DNA from: Eledone cirrhosa
Taxonomy: Eukaryota
Assembly: GCA_964016885.1 (NCBI GenBank)
Contig: OZ024742.1
Coordinates: 358,422,001-358,486,000 of the forward strand
Length of the DNA: 64,000 nt
Direction: 5' to 3'
Shown: positions 27,611 to 41,389 of the stretch, in pieces
How the letters are laid out: each line of letters begins with the position of its first letter
Numbering within the stretch: position 1 is the stretch's first letter
Program-made: the position numbers and the translations under genes
The notes under the pieces: model-generated
Told to the model about the DNA's origin: nothing
The model's input: only the letters and a program-made list of their open reading frames with translations
Database searches by the model: none

Positions 27611-29699
27611 AATAAAACAGTTTTATAACTTTCAGTTACCAACATGTCCAAAACTGGCTTTGGTTCTATGAAATAAAAATTCTGTATCCCTTTAGTTACC
27701 AACATGTCCAAAACTAGCTTTGGTTCTACGAAATTAAACTGTTGTATCCCCTTAGTTACCAACATGTCCAAAACTGGCTTTGGTTCTATGTAATAAAACT
27801 GTTTTATCCCTTTAGTTACCAACATGTCCCAAACTGGCTTTGGTTCTATGAAATAAAAATGTCTTATCCCTTTAGTTATCAACATGTCCAAAACTGGTTC
27901 TGGTTCTATGAAATAGAATTGTTTTATCCCTTTAGTTACCAAACCGCTAAAAAAAGCTCTGGTTCTATGAAATAAAACTGTTTTAGACCTTTAGTTATCA
28001 ACACGGCCAAAACCAGCTCTGGTTCTATGAAATAAAATTGTTTTATCCCTTTAATTATCAACCCGGTCAAAATTGGTTCTGGTTCTATGAAATAAAACTG
28101 TTTAATCCCTTTAGTTACCAACATGTCCAAAACTGGCTATGGTGATATGTAATAAAATTTTTTCATCCCTTTCAGTTACCAACATGTCCAAAACTGGCTT
28201 TGGTTCTATGAAATAAAACTGTTTTATCACTTTAGTTACCAACATGTCCAAAACTGACTTTGGTTCTATGAAATAAAACTGTTTTATCCCTTTAGGTACC
28301 AACATCTCCAAAACTGGCTTTGGTTCTATGAAATAAAACTGTTTTATCCCTTTCAGTTACCAACATGTCCAAAACTGGCTTTGGTTATATATAATAAAAC
28401 CGTTTTATCCCTTTCAGTTACCAGCATGTCCAAAACTGGCTTTGGTTCTATGAAATAAAACTGTTTTATCCCTTTAGTTATCAACATGTCCAAAATTGGC
28501 TTTGGTTCTATGAAATAAAATTGTTTTATCCCTTTAGCTATAAACATGTCCAAAACTGGCTTTGGTTCTATGTAATAAAAGTGTTTTATCCCTTTAGTTA
28601 TCACCCCTCCCAAAACTGGCTTTTGTTCTATGAAATAAAACTATTTTATCCCTTTAGTTACCACCATGTCCAAAACTGGCTTTGGTTTTATGAAATAAAA
28701 CTGTTTTATCCCTTTCAGTTACCAACATGTCCAAAACTGGCTTTGGTTATACATAATAAAACCGTTTTATCCCTTTCAGTTACCAGCATGTCCAAAACTG
28801 GCTTTGGTTCTATGAAATAAAACTGTTTTATCCCTTTAGTTATCAACATGTCCAAAATTGGCTTTGGTTCTATGAAATAAAACTGTTTTATCCCTTTAGC
28901 TATAAACATGTTCAAAACTGGCTTTGGTTCTATGTAATAAAAGTGTTTTATCCCTTTAGTTATCACCCCTCCCAAAACTGGCTTTTGTTCTATGAAATAA
29001 AAAATGTTATCCCTTTAGTTACCACCATGTCCAAAACTGGCTTTGGTTCTATGAAATAAAACTGTTTTATCCCTTTAGATACCAACAGGTCCAAAACTGG
29101 CTCTGTTTCTATGTAATACAACTGTTTTATCCCTTTCAGTTACCAACATGTCCAAAACTGGCTTTGGTTCTATCAAATAAATCTGTTTTATCCCTTTAGT
29201 TATCAGCATGTCCAAAACTGGCTTTGGTTCTATGAAATAAAACTGTTTTATCCCTTTAGTTACCAACATGTCCAAAACTGGCTTTGGTTCTATGAGATAA
29301 AACTGTTTTATCACTTTAGTTATCAACATGTCCAAAACTGGCTTTGATTCTATGAAATAAAAATTGTTTTATAACTTTCAGTTACCAACATGTCCAAAAC
29401 TGGCTTAGGTTCTATGAAATAAAACTGCTGTATCCCTTTAGTTAACAACATGTCCAAAACTAGCTTTGGTTCTATGAAATTAAACTGTTGTATCCCCTTA
29501 GTTACCAACATGTCCAAAACTGGCTTTGGTTCTATGTAATAAAACTGTTTTATCCCTTTAGTTACCAACATGTCCAAAACTGGCTTAGGTTCTATGAAAT
29601 AAAAATGTTTTATCCCTTTAGTTATCAACATGTCCAAAACTGGTTCTGGTTCTATGAAATAGAATTGTTTTATCCCTTTAGTTTCCAAACCGCTAAAAA

Positions 29700-32600
29700 A
29701 AGCTCTGGTTCTATGAAATAAAACTGTTTTAGCACTTTAGTTATCAACACGGCCAAAACCAGCTCTGGTTCTATGAAATAAAACTGTTTTATCCCTTTAA
29801 TTATCAACCCGGTCAAAATTGGTTCTGGTTCTATGAAATAAAACTGTTTAATCCCTTTAGTTACCAACGTGTCCAAAACTGGCTTTGGTTCTATGTAACA
29901 AAACTGTTTTATCACTTTAGTTACCAACATGTCCAAAACTGACTTTGGTTCTATGAAATAAAACTGTTTTATTCCTTTAGTTATCAACATGTCCAAAACT
30001 GGCTCTGGTTCTATGAAATAAAACTGTTGTATCCCTTTTGTTACCAACATGTCCAAAACTGGCTTCGGTTCTATGAAATAAAAATGTTTTATCCCTTTAT
30101 TTATCAACATGTCCAAAACTGGTTCTGGTTCTATGAAATAAAATTGTTTTTTCCCTTTAGTTACCAAACCAGCTAAAAAGTGCTCTGGTTCTATGAAATA
30201 AAACTGTTTTAGCCCTTTAGTTATCAACCAGGCCAAAACCAGCTCTGGTTCTATGAAATAAAACTGTTTTATCCCTTCAATTATCAACCCGGCCAAAATT
30301 GGTTATGGTTCTATGAAATAAAACAGTTTTATCCCTTTTGATATCAACATGTCCTCAACTGGCTTTGGTTCTATGAAATAAAACTGTTTTATCCCTTTAG
30401 TTATCAACATGTCCAAAATTGGCTTTGGTTCTATGAAATAAAAATGTTTTATCCCTTTAGCTATAAACATGTCCAAAACTGGCTTTGGTTCTATGTAATA
30501 AAACTGTTTTATCCCTTTAGTTATCAACCAGGCCAAAACTGGCTTTGGTTCTATGAATTAAAACTATTTTATCCCTTTATTTACGAATATGTCCAAAACT
30601 GGCTTTGGTTCTATGAAATAAAACAATTTTAGCCCTTTAGTTATCAACCCGGCCAAAACCAGCTCTGGTTCTATGAAATAAAACTGTTGTATACCTTTAA
30701 TTATCAACCCGTCCAAAATTGGTTCTGGTTCTATGAAATAAAACTGCTTAATCCCTTTAGTTACCAACATGTCAAAAACTGGCTTTGGTTCTATGAAATA
30801 AAACTGTTTTATCCCTTTCAGTTACCAACATGTCCAAAACTGGCTTTGGTTATATGTAATACATTTGTTTTATCCCTTTAGTTACCAACATGTCCAAAAC
30901 TGGTTTTGGTTCTATGAAATAAAAATGTTTTATCCCTTTAGTTATCAACATGTCCAAAACTGGTTCTGGTTCTATGAAATAAAATTGTTTTATCCCTTTA
31001 GTTACCAAACAAGCTAAAAAGAGCTCTGGTTCTATGAAATAAAACTGTTTTAGCACTTTAGTTATCAACACGGCCAAAACCAGCTCTGGTTCTATGAAAT
31101 AAAACTGTTTTATCCCGTTAATTATCAACCCGGTCAAAATTGGTTCTGGTTCTATGAAATAAAACTGTTTAATCCCTTTAGTTACCAACGTGTCCAAAAC
31201 TGGCTTTGGTTCTATGTAACAAAACTGTTTTATCACTTTAGTTACCAACATGTCCAAAACTGACTTTGGTTCTATGAAATAAAACTGTTTTATTCCTTTA
31301 GTTATCAACATGTCCAAAACTGGCTCTGGTTCTATGAAATAAAACTGTTGTATCCATTTTGTTACCAACATGTCCAAAACTGGCTTCGGTTCTATGAAAT
31401 AAAAATGTTTTATCCCTTTATTTATCAACATGTCCAAAACTGGTTCTGGTTCTATGAAATAAAATTGTTTTTTCCCTTTAGTTACCAAACCAGCTAAAAA
31501 GTGCTCTGGTTCTATGAAATAAAACTGTTTTAGCCCTTTAGTTATCAACCAGGCCAAAACCAGCTCTGGTTCTATGAAATAAAACTGTTTTATCCCTTCA
31601 ATTATCAACCCGGCCAAAATTGGTTATGGTTCTATGAAATAAAACAGTTCTATCCCTTTTGTTATCAACATGTCCTCAACTGGCTTTGGTTCTATGAAAT
31701 AAAACTGTTTTATCCCTTTAGTTATCAACATGTCCAAAATTAGCTTTGGTTCTATGAAATAAAAATGTTTTATCCCTTTAGCTATAAACATGTCCAAAAC
31801 TGGCTTTGGTTCTATGTAATAAAACTGTTTTATCCCTTTAGTTATCAACCAGGCCAAAACTGGCTTTGGTTCTATGAATTAAAACTATTTTATCCCTTTA
31901 TTTACGAATATGTCCAAAACTGGCTTTGGTTCTATGAAATAAAACAATTTTAGCCCTTTAGTTATCAACCCGGCCAAAACCAGCTCTGGTTCTATGAAAT
32001 AAAACTGTTGTATACCTTTAATTATCAACCCGTCCAAAATTGGTTCTGGTTCTATGAAATAAAACTGCTTAATCCCTTTAGTTACCAACATGTCCAAAAC
32101 TGACTTTGGTTCTATGAAATAAAACTGTTTTATTCCTTTAGTTATCAACATGTCCAAAACTGGCTCTGGTTCTATGAAATAAAACTGTTGTATCCCTTTT
32201 GTTACCAACATGTCCAAAACTGGCTTCGGTTCTATGAAATAAAAATGTTTTATCCCTTTATTTATCAACATGTCCAAAACTGGTTCTGGTTCTATGAAAT
32301 AAAATTGTTTTTTCCCTTTAGTTACCAAACCAGCTAAAAAGTGCTCTGGTTCTATGAAATAAAACTGTTTTAGCCCTTTAGTTATCAACCAGGCCAAAAC
32401 CAGCTCTGGTTCTATGAAATAAAACTGTTTTATCCCTTCAATTATCAACCCGGCCAAAATTGGTTATGGTTCTATGAAATAAAACAGTTTTATCCCTTTT
32501 GTTATCAACATGTCCTCAACTGGCTTTGGTTCTATGAAATAAAACGGTTTTATCCCTTTAGTTATCAACATGTCCAAAATTGGCTTTGGTTCTATGAAAT

Positions 32601-34620
32601 AAAAATGTTTTATCCCTTTAGCTATAAACATGTCCAAAACTGGCTTTGGTTCTATGTAATAAAACTGTTTTATCCCTTTAGTTATCAACCAGGCCAAAAC
32701 TGGCTTTGGTTCTATGAATTAAAACTATTTTATCCCTTTATTTACGAATATGTCCAAAACTGGCTTTGGTTCTATGAAATAAAACAATTTTAGCCCTTTA
32801 GTTATCAACCCGGCCAAAACCAGCTCTGGTTCTATGAAATAAAACTGTTGTATACCTTTAATTATCAACCCGTCCAAAATTGGTTCTGGTTCTATGAAAT
32901 AAAACTGCTTAATACCTTTAGTTACCAACATGTCAAAAACTGGCTTTGGTTCTATGAAATAAAACTGTTTTATCCCTTTCAGTTACCAACATGTCCAAAA
33001 CTGGCTTTGGTTATATGTAATACATTTGTTTTATCCCTTTAGTTACCAACATGTCCAAAACTGGCTTTGGTTCTATGAAATAAAAATGTTTTATCCCTTT
33101 AGTTATCAACATGTCCAAAACTGGTTCTGGTTCTATGAAATAAAATTGTTTTATCCCTTTAGTTACCAAACAAGCTAAAAAGAGCTCTGGTTCTATGAAA
33201 TAAAACTGTTTTAGCACTTTAGTTATCAACACGGCCAAAACCAGCTCTGGTTCTATGAAATAAAACTGTTTTATCCCGTTAATTATCAACCCGGTCAAAA
33301 TTGGTTCTGGTTCTATGAAATAAAACTGTTTAATCCCTTTAGTTACCAACGTGTCCAAAACTGGCTTTGGTTCTATGTAACAAAACTGTTTTATCACTTT
33401 AGTTACCAACATATCCAAAAGTGACTTTGGTTCTATGAAATAAAACTGTTTTATTCCTTTAGTTATCAACATTTCCAAAACTGGCTCTGGTTCTATGAAA
33501 TAAAACTGTTGTATCCCTTTTGTTACCAACATGTCCAAAACTGGCTTCGGTTCTATGAAATAAAACTGTTTTATCCCTTTATTTATCAACATGTCCAAAA
33601 CTGGTTCTGGTTCTATGAAATAAAATTGTTTTTTCCCTTTAGTTACCAAACCAGCTAAAAAGTGCTCTGGTTCTATGAAATAAAACTGTTTTAGCCCTTT
33701 AGTTATCAACCAGGCCAAAACCAGCTCTGGTTCTATGAAATAAAACTGTTTTATCCCTTCAATTATCAACCCGGCCAAAATTGGTTATGGTTCTATGAAA
33801 TAAAACAGTTTTATCCCTTTTGTTATCAACATGTCCTCAACTGGCTTTGGTTCTATGAAATAAAACTGTTTTATCCCTTTAGTTATCAACATGTCCAAAA
33901 TTGGCTTTGGTTCTATGAAATAAAAATGTTTTATCCCTTTAGCTATAAACATGTCCAAAACTGGCTTTGGTTCTATGTAATAAAACTGTTTTATCCCTTT
34001 AGTTATCAACCAGGCCAAAACTGGCTTTGGTTCTATGAATTAAAACTATTTTATCCCTTTATTTACGAATATGTCCAAAACTGGCTTTGGTTCTATGAAA
34101 TAAAACAATTTTAGCCCTTTAGTTATCAACCCGGCCAAAACCAGCTCTGGTTCTATGAAATAAAACTGTTGTATACCTTTAATTATCAACCCGTCCAAAA
34201 TTGGTTCTGGTTCTATGAAATAAAACTGCTTAATCCCTTTAGTTACCAACATGTCAAAAACTGGCTTTGGTTCTATGAAATAAAACTGTTTTATCCCTTT
34301 CAGTTACCAACATGTCCAAAACTGGCTTTGGTTATATGTAATACATTTGTTTTATCCCTTTAGTTACCAACATGTCCAAAACTGGCTTTGGTTCTATGAA
34401 ATAAAAATGTTTTATCCCTTTAGTTATCAACATGTCCAAAACTGGTTCTGGTTCTATGAAATAAAATTGTTTTATCCCTTTAGTTACCAAACAAGCTAAA
34501 AAGAGCTCTGGTTCTATGAAATAAAACTGTTTTAGCACTTTAGTTATCAACCAGGCCAAAACCAGCTCTGGTTCTATGAAATAAAACTGTTTTATCCCTT
34601 CAATTATCAACCCGGCCAAA
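29700..34620. repeat. 2161-bp (36-monomer = 22 + 14) higher-order repeat, near-identical copies
   Basis: The marker GGTTATGGTTCTATGAAATAAAACAGTT occurs at ~30301, ~31622, ~32462 and ~33783 (spacings 1321, 840, 1321). ORFs 30850..31617 and 33011..33778 are almost identical at offset 2161. Confidence 0.9.
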
Positions 34621-37600
34621 ATTGGTTCTGGTTCTATGAAATAAAACTATTTAATCCTTTTTGTTACCAACATCTCCAAAACTGGCTTTGATTCTATGAA
34701 ATAAAACTGTTTTATCCCTTTCAGTTATCAACATGTCCAAAACTGGCTTTGGTTCTATGAAATAAATCTGTTTTATCCCTTTAGTTATAAACATGTCCAA
34801 AACTGGATTTGGTTCTATGAAATAATACAGTTTTATCCCTTTAGTTACCAACAGGACCAAAACTGGCTCTGGTTCTATGTAATAAAACTGTTTTATCACT
34901 TTTAGTTACCAACATGTCCAAAACTGGCTTTGGTTCAATGAAATAAACCTGTGTTATCCCTTTCAGTTACCAACATGTCTAAAACTGGCTTTGGTTTTAT
35001 GAAATGAAACTGTTTTATATCTTTGCTTACCAACATGTCCAAAACTGGGTTTGGTTCTATGAAATAAAACTATTTTATCCCTTTAGTTACCACCATGTCC
35101 AAAACTGGCTTTGGCTTTATGAAATAAAACTATTTTATCCCTTTAGTTACCAACATGTCCAAAACTGGCTTTGGTTCTATGAAATAAAACTGTTTTATCC
35201 CTTTAGTTACCACCAGGTCCAAAACTGGCTCTGGTTCTATGTAATAAAACTGTTTTATCCCTTTCAGTTACCAACATGTCCAAAACTGGCTTTGGTTCTA
35301 TCAAATAAATGTTTTATCCCTTTAGTTATCAACATGTCCAAAACTGGCTTTGGTTCTATGAAATAAAACTGTTTTATCCCTTTAGTTACCAACATGTCCA
35401 AAACTGGCTTTGGTTCTATGAAATAAAACTGTTTTATCACTTTAGTTACCAACATATCCAAAACTGGCTTTAGTTCTATGAAATAAAACTGTTTTATCCC
35501 TTTCAGTTACCAACATGTCCAAAACTGGCTTTGGTTATATATCATAAAACTGTTTTATCCCTTTCAGTTACCAACATGTCCAAAACTGGCTTTGGTTCTA
35601 TGGAATAAAACTGTTTTATCCCTTTAGTAATCAACATGTCCAAAACTGGCTTTGGTTCTATGTAATAAAACTGTTTTATCCCTTTAGTTATCAACCAGCC
35701 CAAAACTGGCTTTGGTTCTATTGAAATAAAACTATTGTATCCCTTTATTTACCAATATGTCCAAAACTGGCTTTGGTTCTATGAAATAAAACTATTTTAG
35801 CCCTTTAGTTATCAACCCGGCCAAAACCAGCTCTGGTTCGATGAAATAAATCTGTTGTATACCTTTAATTATCAACCCGTCCAAAATTGGTTCTGGTTCT
35901 ATGAAATAAAACTGTTTAATCCCTTTAGTTACCAACATGTCAAAAACTGGCTTTGGTTCTATGAAATAAAACTGTTTTATCCCTTTCAGTTACCAACATG
36001 TCCAAAACTGGCTTTGGGTATATGTAATACATTTGTTTTATCCCTTTCAGTTACCAACATGTCCAAAATGACTTTGGTTCTATGAAATAAAACTGTTTTA
36101 TCCCTTTCAGTTACAAACATGTCCAAAACTGGCTCTGGTTCTATGAAATAAAACTGTTTTATCCCTTTAGTTACCAACATGTCCAAAACTGGCTTTGGTT
36201 CTTTGAAATAAAACTGTTTTATCCCTTTAGTTACCAACATGTCCAAAACTGGCTTTGGTTCTATGAAATAAAAATGTTTTATCCCTTTAGTTATCAACAT
36301 GTCCAAAACTGGTTCTGGTTCTATGAAATAAAATTGTTTTATCCCTTTAGTTACCAAACAAGCTAAAAAGAGCTCTGGTTCTATGAAATAAAACTGTTTT
36401 AGCACTTTAGTTATCAACCAGGCCAAAACCAGCTCTGGTTCTATGAAATAAAACTGTTTTATCCCTTCAATTATCAACCCGGCCAAAATTGGTTCTGGTT
36501 CTATGAAATAAAACTGTTTAATCCTTTTAGTTACCAACATCTCCAAAACTGGCTTTGATTCTATGAAATAAAACTGTTTTATCCCTTTCAGTTATCAACA
36601 TGTCCAAAACTGGCTTTGGTTCTATGAAATAAATCTGTTTTATCCCTTTAGTTATAAACATGTCCAAAACTGGATTTGGTTCTATGAAATAATACAGTTT
36701 TATCCCTTTAGTTACCAACAGGACCAAAACTGGCTCTGGTTCTATGTAATAAAACTGTTTTATCACTTTTAGTTACCAACATGTCCAAAACTGGCTTTGG
36801 TTCAATGAAATAAACCTGTGTTATCCCTTTCAGTTACCAACATGTCTAAAACTGGCTTTGGTTTTATGAAATGAAACTGTTTTATATCTTTGCTTACCAA
36901 CATGTCCAAAACTGGGTTTGGTTCTATGTAATAAAACTATTTTATCCCTTTAGTTACCACCATGTCCAAAACTGGCTTTGGCTTTATGAAATAAAACTAT
37001 TTTATCCCTTTAGTTACCAACATGTCCAAAACTGGCTTTGGTTCTATGAAATAAAACTGTTTTATCCCTTTAGTTACCACCAGGTCCAAAACTGGCTCTG
37101 GTTCTATGTAATAAAACTGTTTTATCCCTTTCAGTTACCAACATGTCCAAAACTGGCTTTGGTTCTATCAAATAAATGTTTTATCCCTTTAGTTATCAAC
37201 ATGTCCAAAACTGGCTTTGGTTCTATGAAATAAAACTGTTTTATCCCTTTAGTTACCAACATGTCCCAAACTGGCTTTGGTTCTATGAAATAAAACTGTT
37301 TTATCACTTTAGTTACCAACATATCCAAAACTGGCTTTAGTTCTATGAAATAAAACTGTTTTATCCCTTTCAGTTACCAACATGTCCAAAACTGGCTTTG
37401 GTTATATATCATAAAACTGTTTTATCCCTTTCAGTTACCAACATGTCCAACACTGGCTTTGGTTCTATGGGATAAAACTGTTTTATCCCTTTAGTAATCA
37501 ACATGTCCAAAACTGGCTTTGGTTCTATGTAATAAAACTGTTTTATCCCTTTAGTTATCAACCAGCCCAAAACTGGCTTTGGTTCTATTGAAATAAAACT

Positions 37601-37718
37601 ATTGTATCCCTTTATTTACCAATATGTCCAAAACTGGCTTTGGTTCTATGAAATAAAACTATTTTAGCCCTTTAGTTATCAACCCGGCCAAAACCAGCTC
37701 TGGTTCGATGAAATAAAA
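34350..37718. repeat. Duplication at 1867-bp (31-monomer) offset: ~34350-35850 and ~36217-37718
   Basis: Shared rare variants include the insertion CTATTGAAATAAAACTATTGTA at ~35718 and ~37585. ORF pairs are 35004/36871 and 35264/37131. Confidence 0.9.
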
Positions 37719-38961
37719 CTGTTTTATCCCTTTCAGTTACCAACATGTCCAAAACTGGCTCTGGTTCTATGAAATACAACTGTTTTATCCCTTTAGTTAC
37801 CAACATGTCCAAAACTGGCTTTCGTTCTATGAAATAAAAATGTTTTATCCCTTTAGTTATCAACATGTCCAAAACTGGTACTGGTTCTATGAAATAAAAT
37901 TGTTTTATCCCTTTAGTTACCAAAACAGCTAAAAAGAGCTCTGGTTCTATGAAATAAAACTGTTTTAGCCCTTTAGTTATCAACCCGGCCAAAATTGGTT
38001 CTGGTTCTATGAAATAAAACTGTTTAATCCTTTTAGTTACCAACATCTCCAAAACTGGCTTTGGTTCTATGAAATAATACTGTTTTATCCCTTTCAGTTA
38101 CCAACATGTCCAAAACTGGCTTTGGTTCTATGAAATAATACTGTTTTATCCCTTTAGTTATCAACATTTCCAAAATTGGCTTTGGTCCTATGTAATAAAA
38201 CTGTTGTATACATTTAGTTATAAACCCGGCCAAAACTGGCTTTGGTTCTATGAAATAAATCTGTTTTATCCCTTTAGTTATCAACATGTCCAAAACTGGA
38301 TTTGGTTCTATGAAATAATACTGTTTTATCCCTTTAGTTACCAACAGGTCCAAAACTGGCTTTGGTTCTATTTAATAAAACTGTTTTATCCCTTTAGTTA
38401 TCACCCCTCCCAAAACTGGCTTTTGTTCTATGAAATAAAACTATTTTATCCCTTTAGTTACCACCATGTCCAAAACTGGCTTTGGTTTTATGAAATGAAA
38501 CTGTTTTATATCTTTACTTACCAACATGTCCAAAACTGGGTTTGGTTCTATGAAATAAAACTGTTTTATCTCTTTTAGTTACCAACATGTACAATACTGG
38601 CTTTGGTTCTATGACATAAAACTGTTTTATCCCTTTAGTTACCAACATGTCCAAAACTGGCTTTGGTTCTTTGAAATAAAACTATTTTATCCCTTTAGTT
38701 ACCAACATGTCCAAAACTGGCTTTGGTTCTATGAAATAAAACTTTTTTATCCCTTTAGTTGCCACCAGGTCCAAAACTGGCTCTGGTTCTATGTAATAAA
38801 ACTGTTTTATCCCTTTCAGTTACCAACATGTACAAAACTGGCTTTGCTTCTATCAAATAAATCTGTTTTATCCCTTTAGTTACCAACATGTCCAAAACTG
38901 GCGTTGGTTCTATGAAATAAAACTGTTTTATCCCTTTTAGTTACCAACATGTCCAAAACTG

Positions 38962-38979
38962 GCTTTGGTTATATATAAT
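38962..38979 (+). repeat. Left target-site duplication of the SINE (GCTTTGGTTATATATAAT)
   Basis: An identical 18-mer lies at 39163-39180. The first GC of the right copy could belong to the SINE 5' end, so the TSD is 16-18 bp. Confidence 0.92.
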
Positions 38980-39162
38980 TGTTTCTACTATTGGCACAAG
39001 GCCAGAAATTATCCAGTACATTACTGGTACTTTATTTTATCGACCCCGTAAGGATGAAAGGCAAAGTTAACCTCGGCGGGATTTGAACTCAGAATAGCAA
39101 GGGCCGTAACTCTATGCATCAAAGCATGGCGTCCGAACCTCTACCGATACTGCCAATCCACC
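38980..39162 (-). mobile_element. tRNA-derived SINE (183 bp) with a Meta/MESC-like central domain, inserted into a satellite monomer
   Basis: This is the only non-satellite sequence in the array. The minus strand reads (GC)GGTGGATTGGCAGTATCGGTAGAG...CTGAGTTCAAATCCCGCCGAGGTTAACTTTGCCTTTCATCCTTACGGGGTCGATAAAATAAAGTACCAG...GGCCTTGTGCCAATAGTAGAAACA. It has Pol III A- and B-box-like motifs in a tRNA-like head and perfect direct repeats on both sides. The Meta/MESC and octopus assignments are from recall, not a search. Confidence 0.9.
39080..39155 (-). promoter_or_regulatory. Internal RNA polymerase III promoter of the SINE (A box ~39144-39155, B box ~39080-39088)
   Basis: On the minus strand, TGGCAGTATCGG is A-box-like and lies ~10 nt from the 5' end, and GTTCAAATC matches the B-box consensus GWTCRANNC. 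Confidence 0.7.
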
Positions 39163-39180
39163 GCTTTGGTTATATATAAT
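39163..39180 (+). repeat. Right target-site duplication of the SINE
   Basis: Identical to 38962-38979. The satellite resumes in register (AAAACTGTTTTATCCCTTTCAG) at 39181. Confidence 0.92.
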
Positions 39181-41389
39181 AAAACTGTTTTATCCCTTTC
39201 AGTTACCAACATGTCCAAAACTGGCTTTGGTTCTATGTAATAAAACTGTTTTATCCCTTTAGTTATCACCCCTCCCAAAACTGGCTTTTGTTCTATGAAA
39301 TAAAACTATTTTATCCCTTTAGTTACCACCATGTCCAAAACTGGCTTTGGTTTTATGAAATAAAACTGTTTTATATCTTTACTTACCAACATGTCCAAAA
39401 CTGGGTTTGGTTCTATGAAATAAAATTGTTTTATCTCTTTAGTTACTAACATGTACAACACTGGCTTTGGTTCTATGACATAAAACTGTTTTATCCCTTT
39501 AGTTACCAACAGGTCCAAAACTGGCTTTGGTTCTATGAAATAAAACTATTTTATCCCTTTAGTTACCAACATGTCCAAAACTGGCTTTGATTCTATGAAA
39601 TGAAACTGTTTTATCCCTTTAGTTACCACCAGGTCCAAAAGTGGCTCTGGTTCTATGTAATAAAACTGTTTTATCCCTTTCAGTTACCAAAATGTCCAAA
39701 ACTGGCTTTGGTTCTATCAAATAAATCTGTTTTATCCCTTTAGTTATCAACATGTCCAAAACTGGCTTTGGTTCTATGAAATAAAACTGTTGTATCCCTT
39801 TAGTTACCAACATGTCCAAAACTGGCTTTGGTTCTATGAAATAAAACTGTTTTATCCCTTTCAGTTACCAACATGTCCAAAACTGGCTTTGGTTCTATCA
39901 AATAAATCTGTTTTATCCCTTTAGTTATCAACATGTCCAAAACTGGCTTTGGTTCTATGAAATAAAACTGTTTTATCCCTTTAGTTACCAACATGTCCAA
40001 AACTGGCTTTGGTTCTATGAAATAAAACTGTTTTATCACTTTAGTTACCAACATGTCCAAAACTGGCTTTGGTTCTATGAAATAAAACTGTTTTATAACT
40101 TTCAGTTACCAACATGTCCAAAACTGGCTTTGGTTCTATGAAATAAAACTGCTGTATCCCTTTAGTTACCAACATGTCCAAAACTTCCTTTGGTTCTATG
40201 AAATTAAACTGTTGTATCCCCTTAGTTACCAACATGTCCAAAACTGGCTTTGGTTCTATGTAATAAAACTGTTTTATCCCTTTAGTTACCAACATGTCCC
40301 AAACTGGCTTTGGTTCTATGAAATAAAACTGTTTTATCCCTTTAGTTACCAACATGTCCCAAATTGGCTTTGGTTCTATGAAATAAAACTGTTTTATCCC
40401 TTTAGTTACCAACATGTCCTCAACTGGCTTTGGTTCTATGAAATAAAAATGTTTTATCCCTTTAGTTATCAACATGTCCAAGACTGGTTCTGGTTCTATA
40501 AAATAGAGTTGTTTTATCCCTTTAGTTAGCAAACCGCTAAAAAAAGCTCTGGTTCTATGAAATAAAACTGTTTAATCCCTTTAGTTACCAACGTGTCCAA
40601 AACTGGCTTTGGTTCTATGTAATAAATTTTTTTTATCCCTTTCAGTTACCAACATGTCCAAAACTGGCTTTGGTTCTATGAAATAAAACTGTTTTATCAC
40701 TTTAGTTACCAACATGTCCAAAACTGACTTTGGTTCTATGAAATAAATCTGTTTTATTCCTTTAGTTATCAACATGTCCAAAACTGGCTCTGGTTCTATG
40801 AAATAAAATTGTTTTTTCCCTTTAGTTACCAAACCAGCTAAAAAGTGCTCTGGTTCTATGAAATAAAACTGTTTAATCCCTTTAGTTACCAACATGTCCA
40901 AAACTGGCTTTGGTTATATGTAATAAATTTTTTTTATCCCTTTCAGTTACCAACATGTCCAAAACTGGCTTTGGTTCTATGAAATAAAACTGTTGTATCC
41001 CTTTAGTTATCAACATGTCCAAAACTGGATTTGGTTCTATGAAATAATACTGTTTTATCCCTTTAGTTACCAATATGTCCAAAACTGGTTCTGGTTCTAT
41101 GAAATAAAACGGTTTTATCCGTTTAGTTATCAACATGTCCAAAACTGGCTTTGGTTCTATGAAATAAATCTGTTTTATCCCTTTAGTTATCAACATGTCC
41201 AAAACTGGATTTGGTTCTATGAAATAATACTGTCTTATCCCTTTAGTTACCAACAGGTCCAACACTGGCTCTGGTTCTATGTAATAAAACTGTTTTATCA
41301 CTTTCAGTTACCAACATGTCCAAAACTGGCTTTGGTTCAATGAAATAAACCTGCCTTATCCCTTTCAGTTACCAACATGTCTAAAACTG

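Noticed and set aside
39075-39162. Functional tRNA gene on the minus strand
   Set aside because: A and B boxes are present but I could not fold a convincing cloverleaf. It is fused to a non-tRNA body and bracketed by a TSD, so it is a SINE head.
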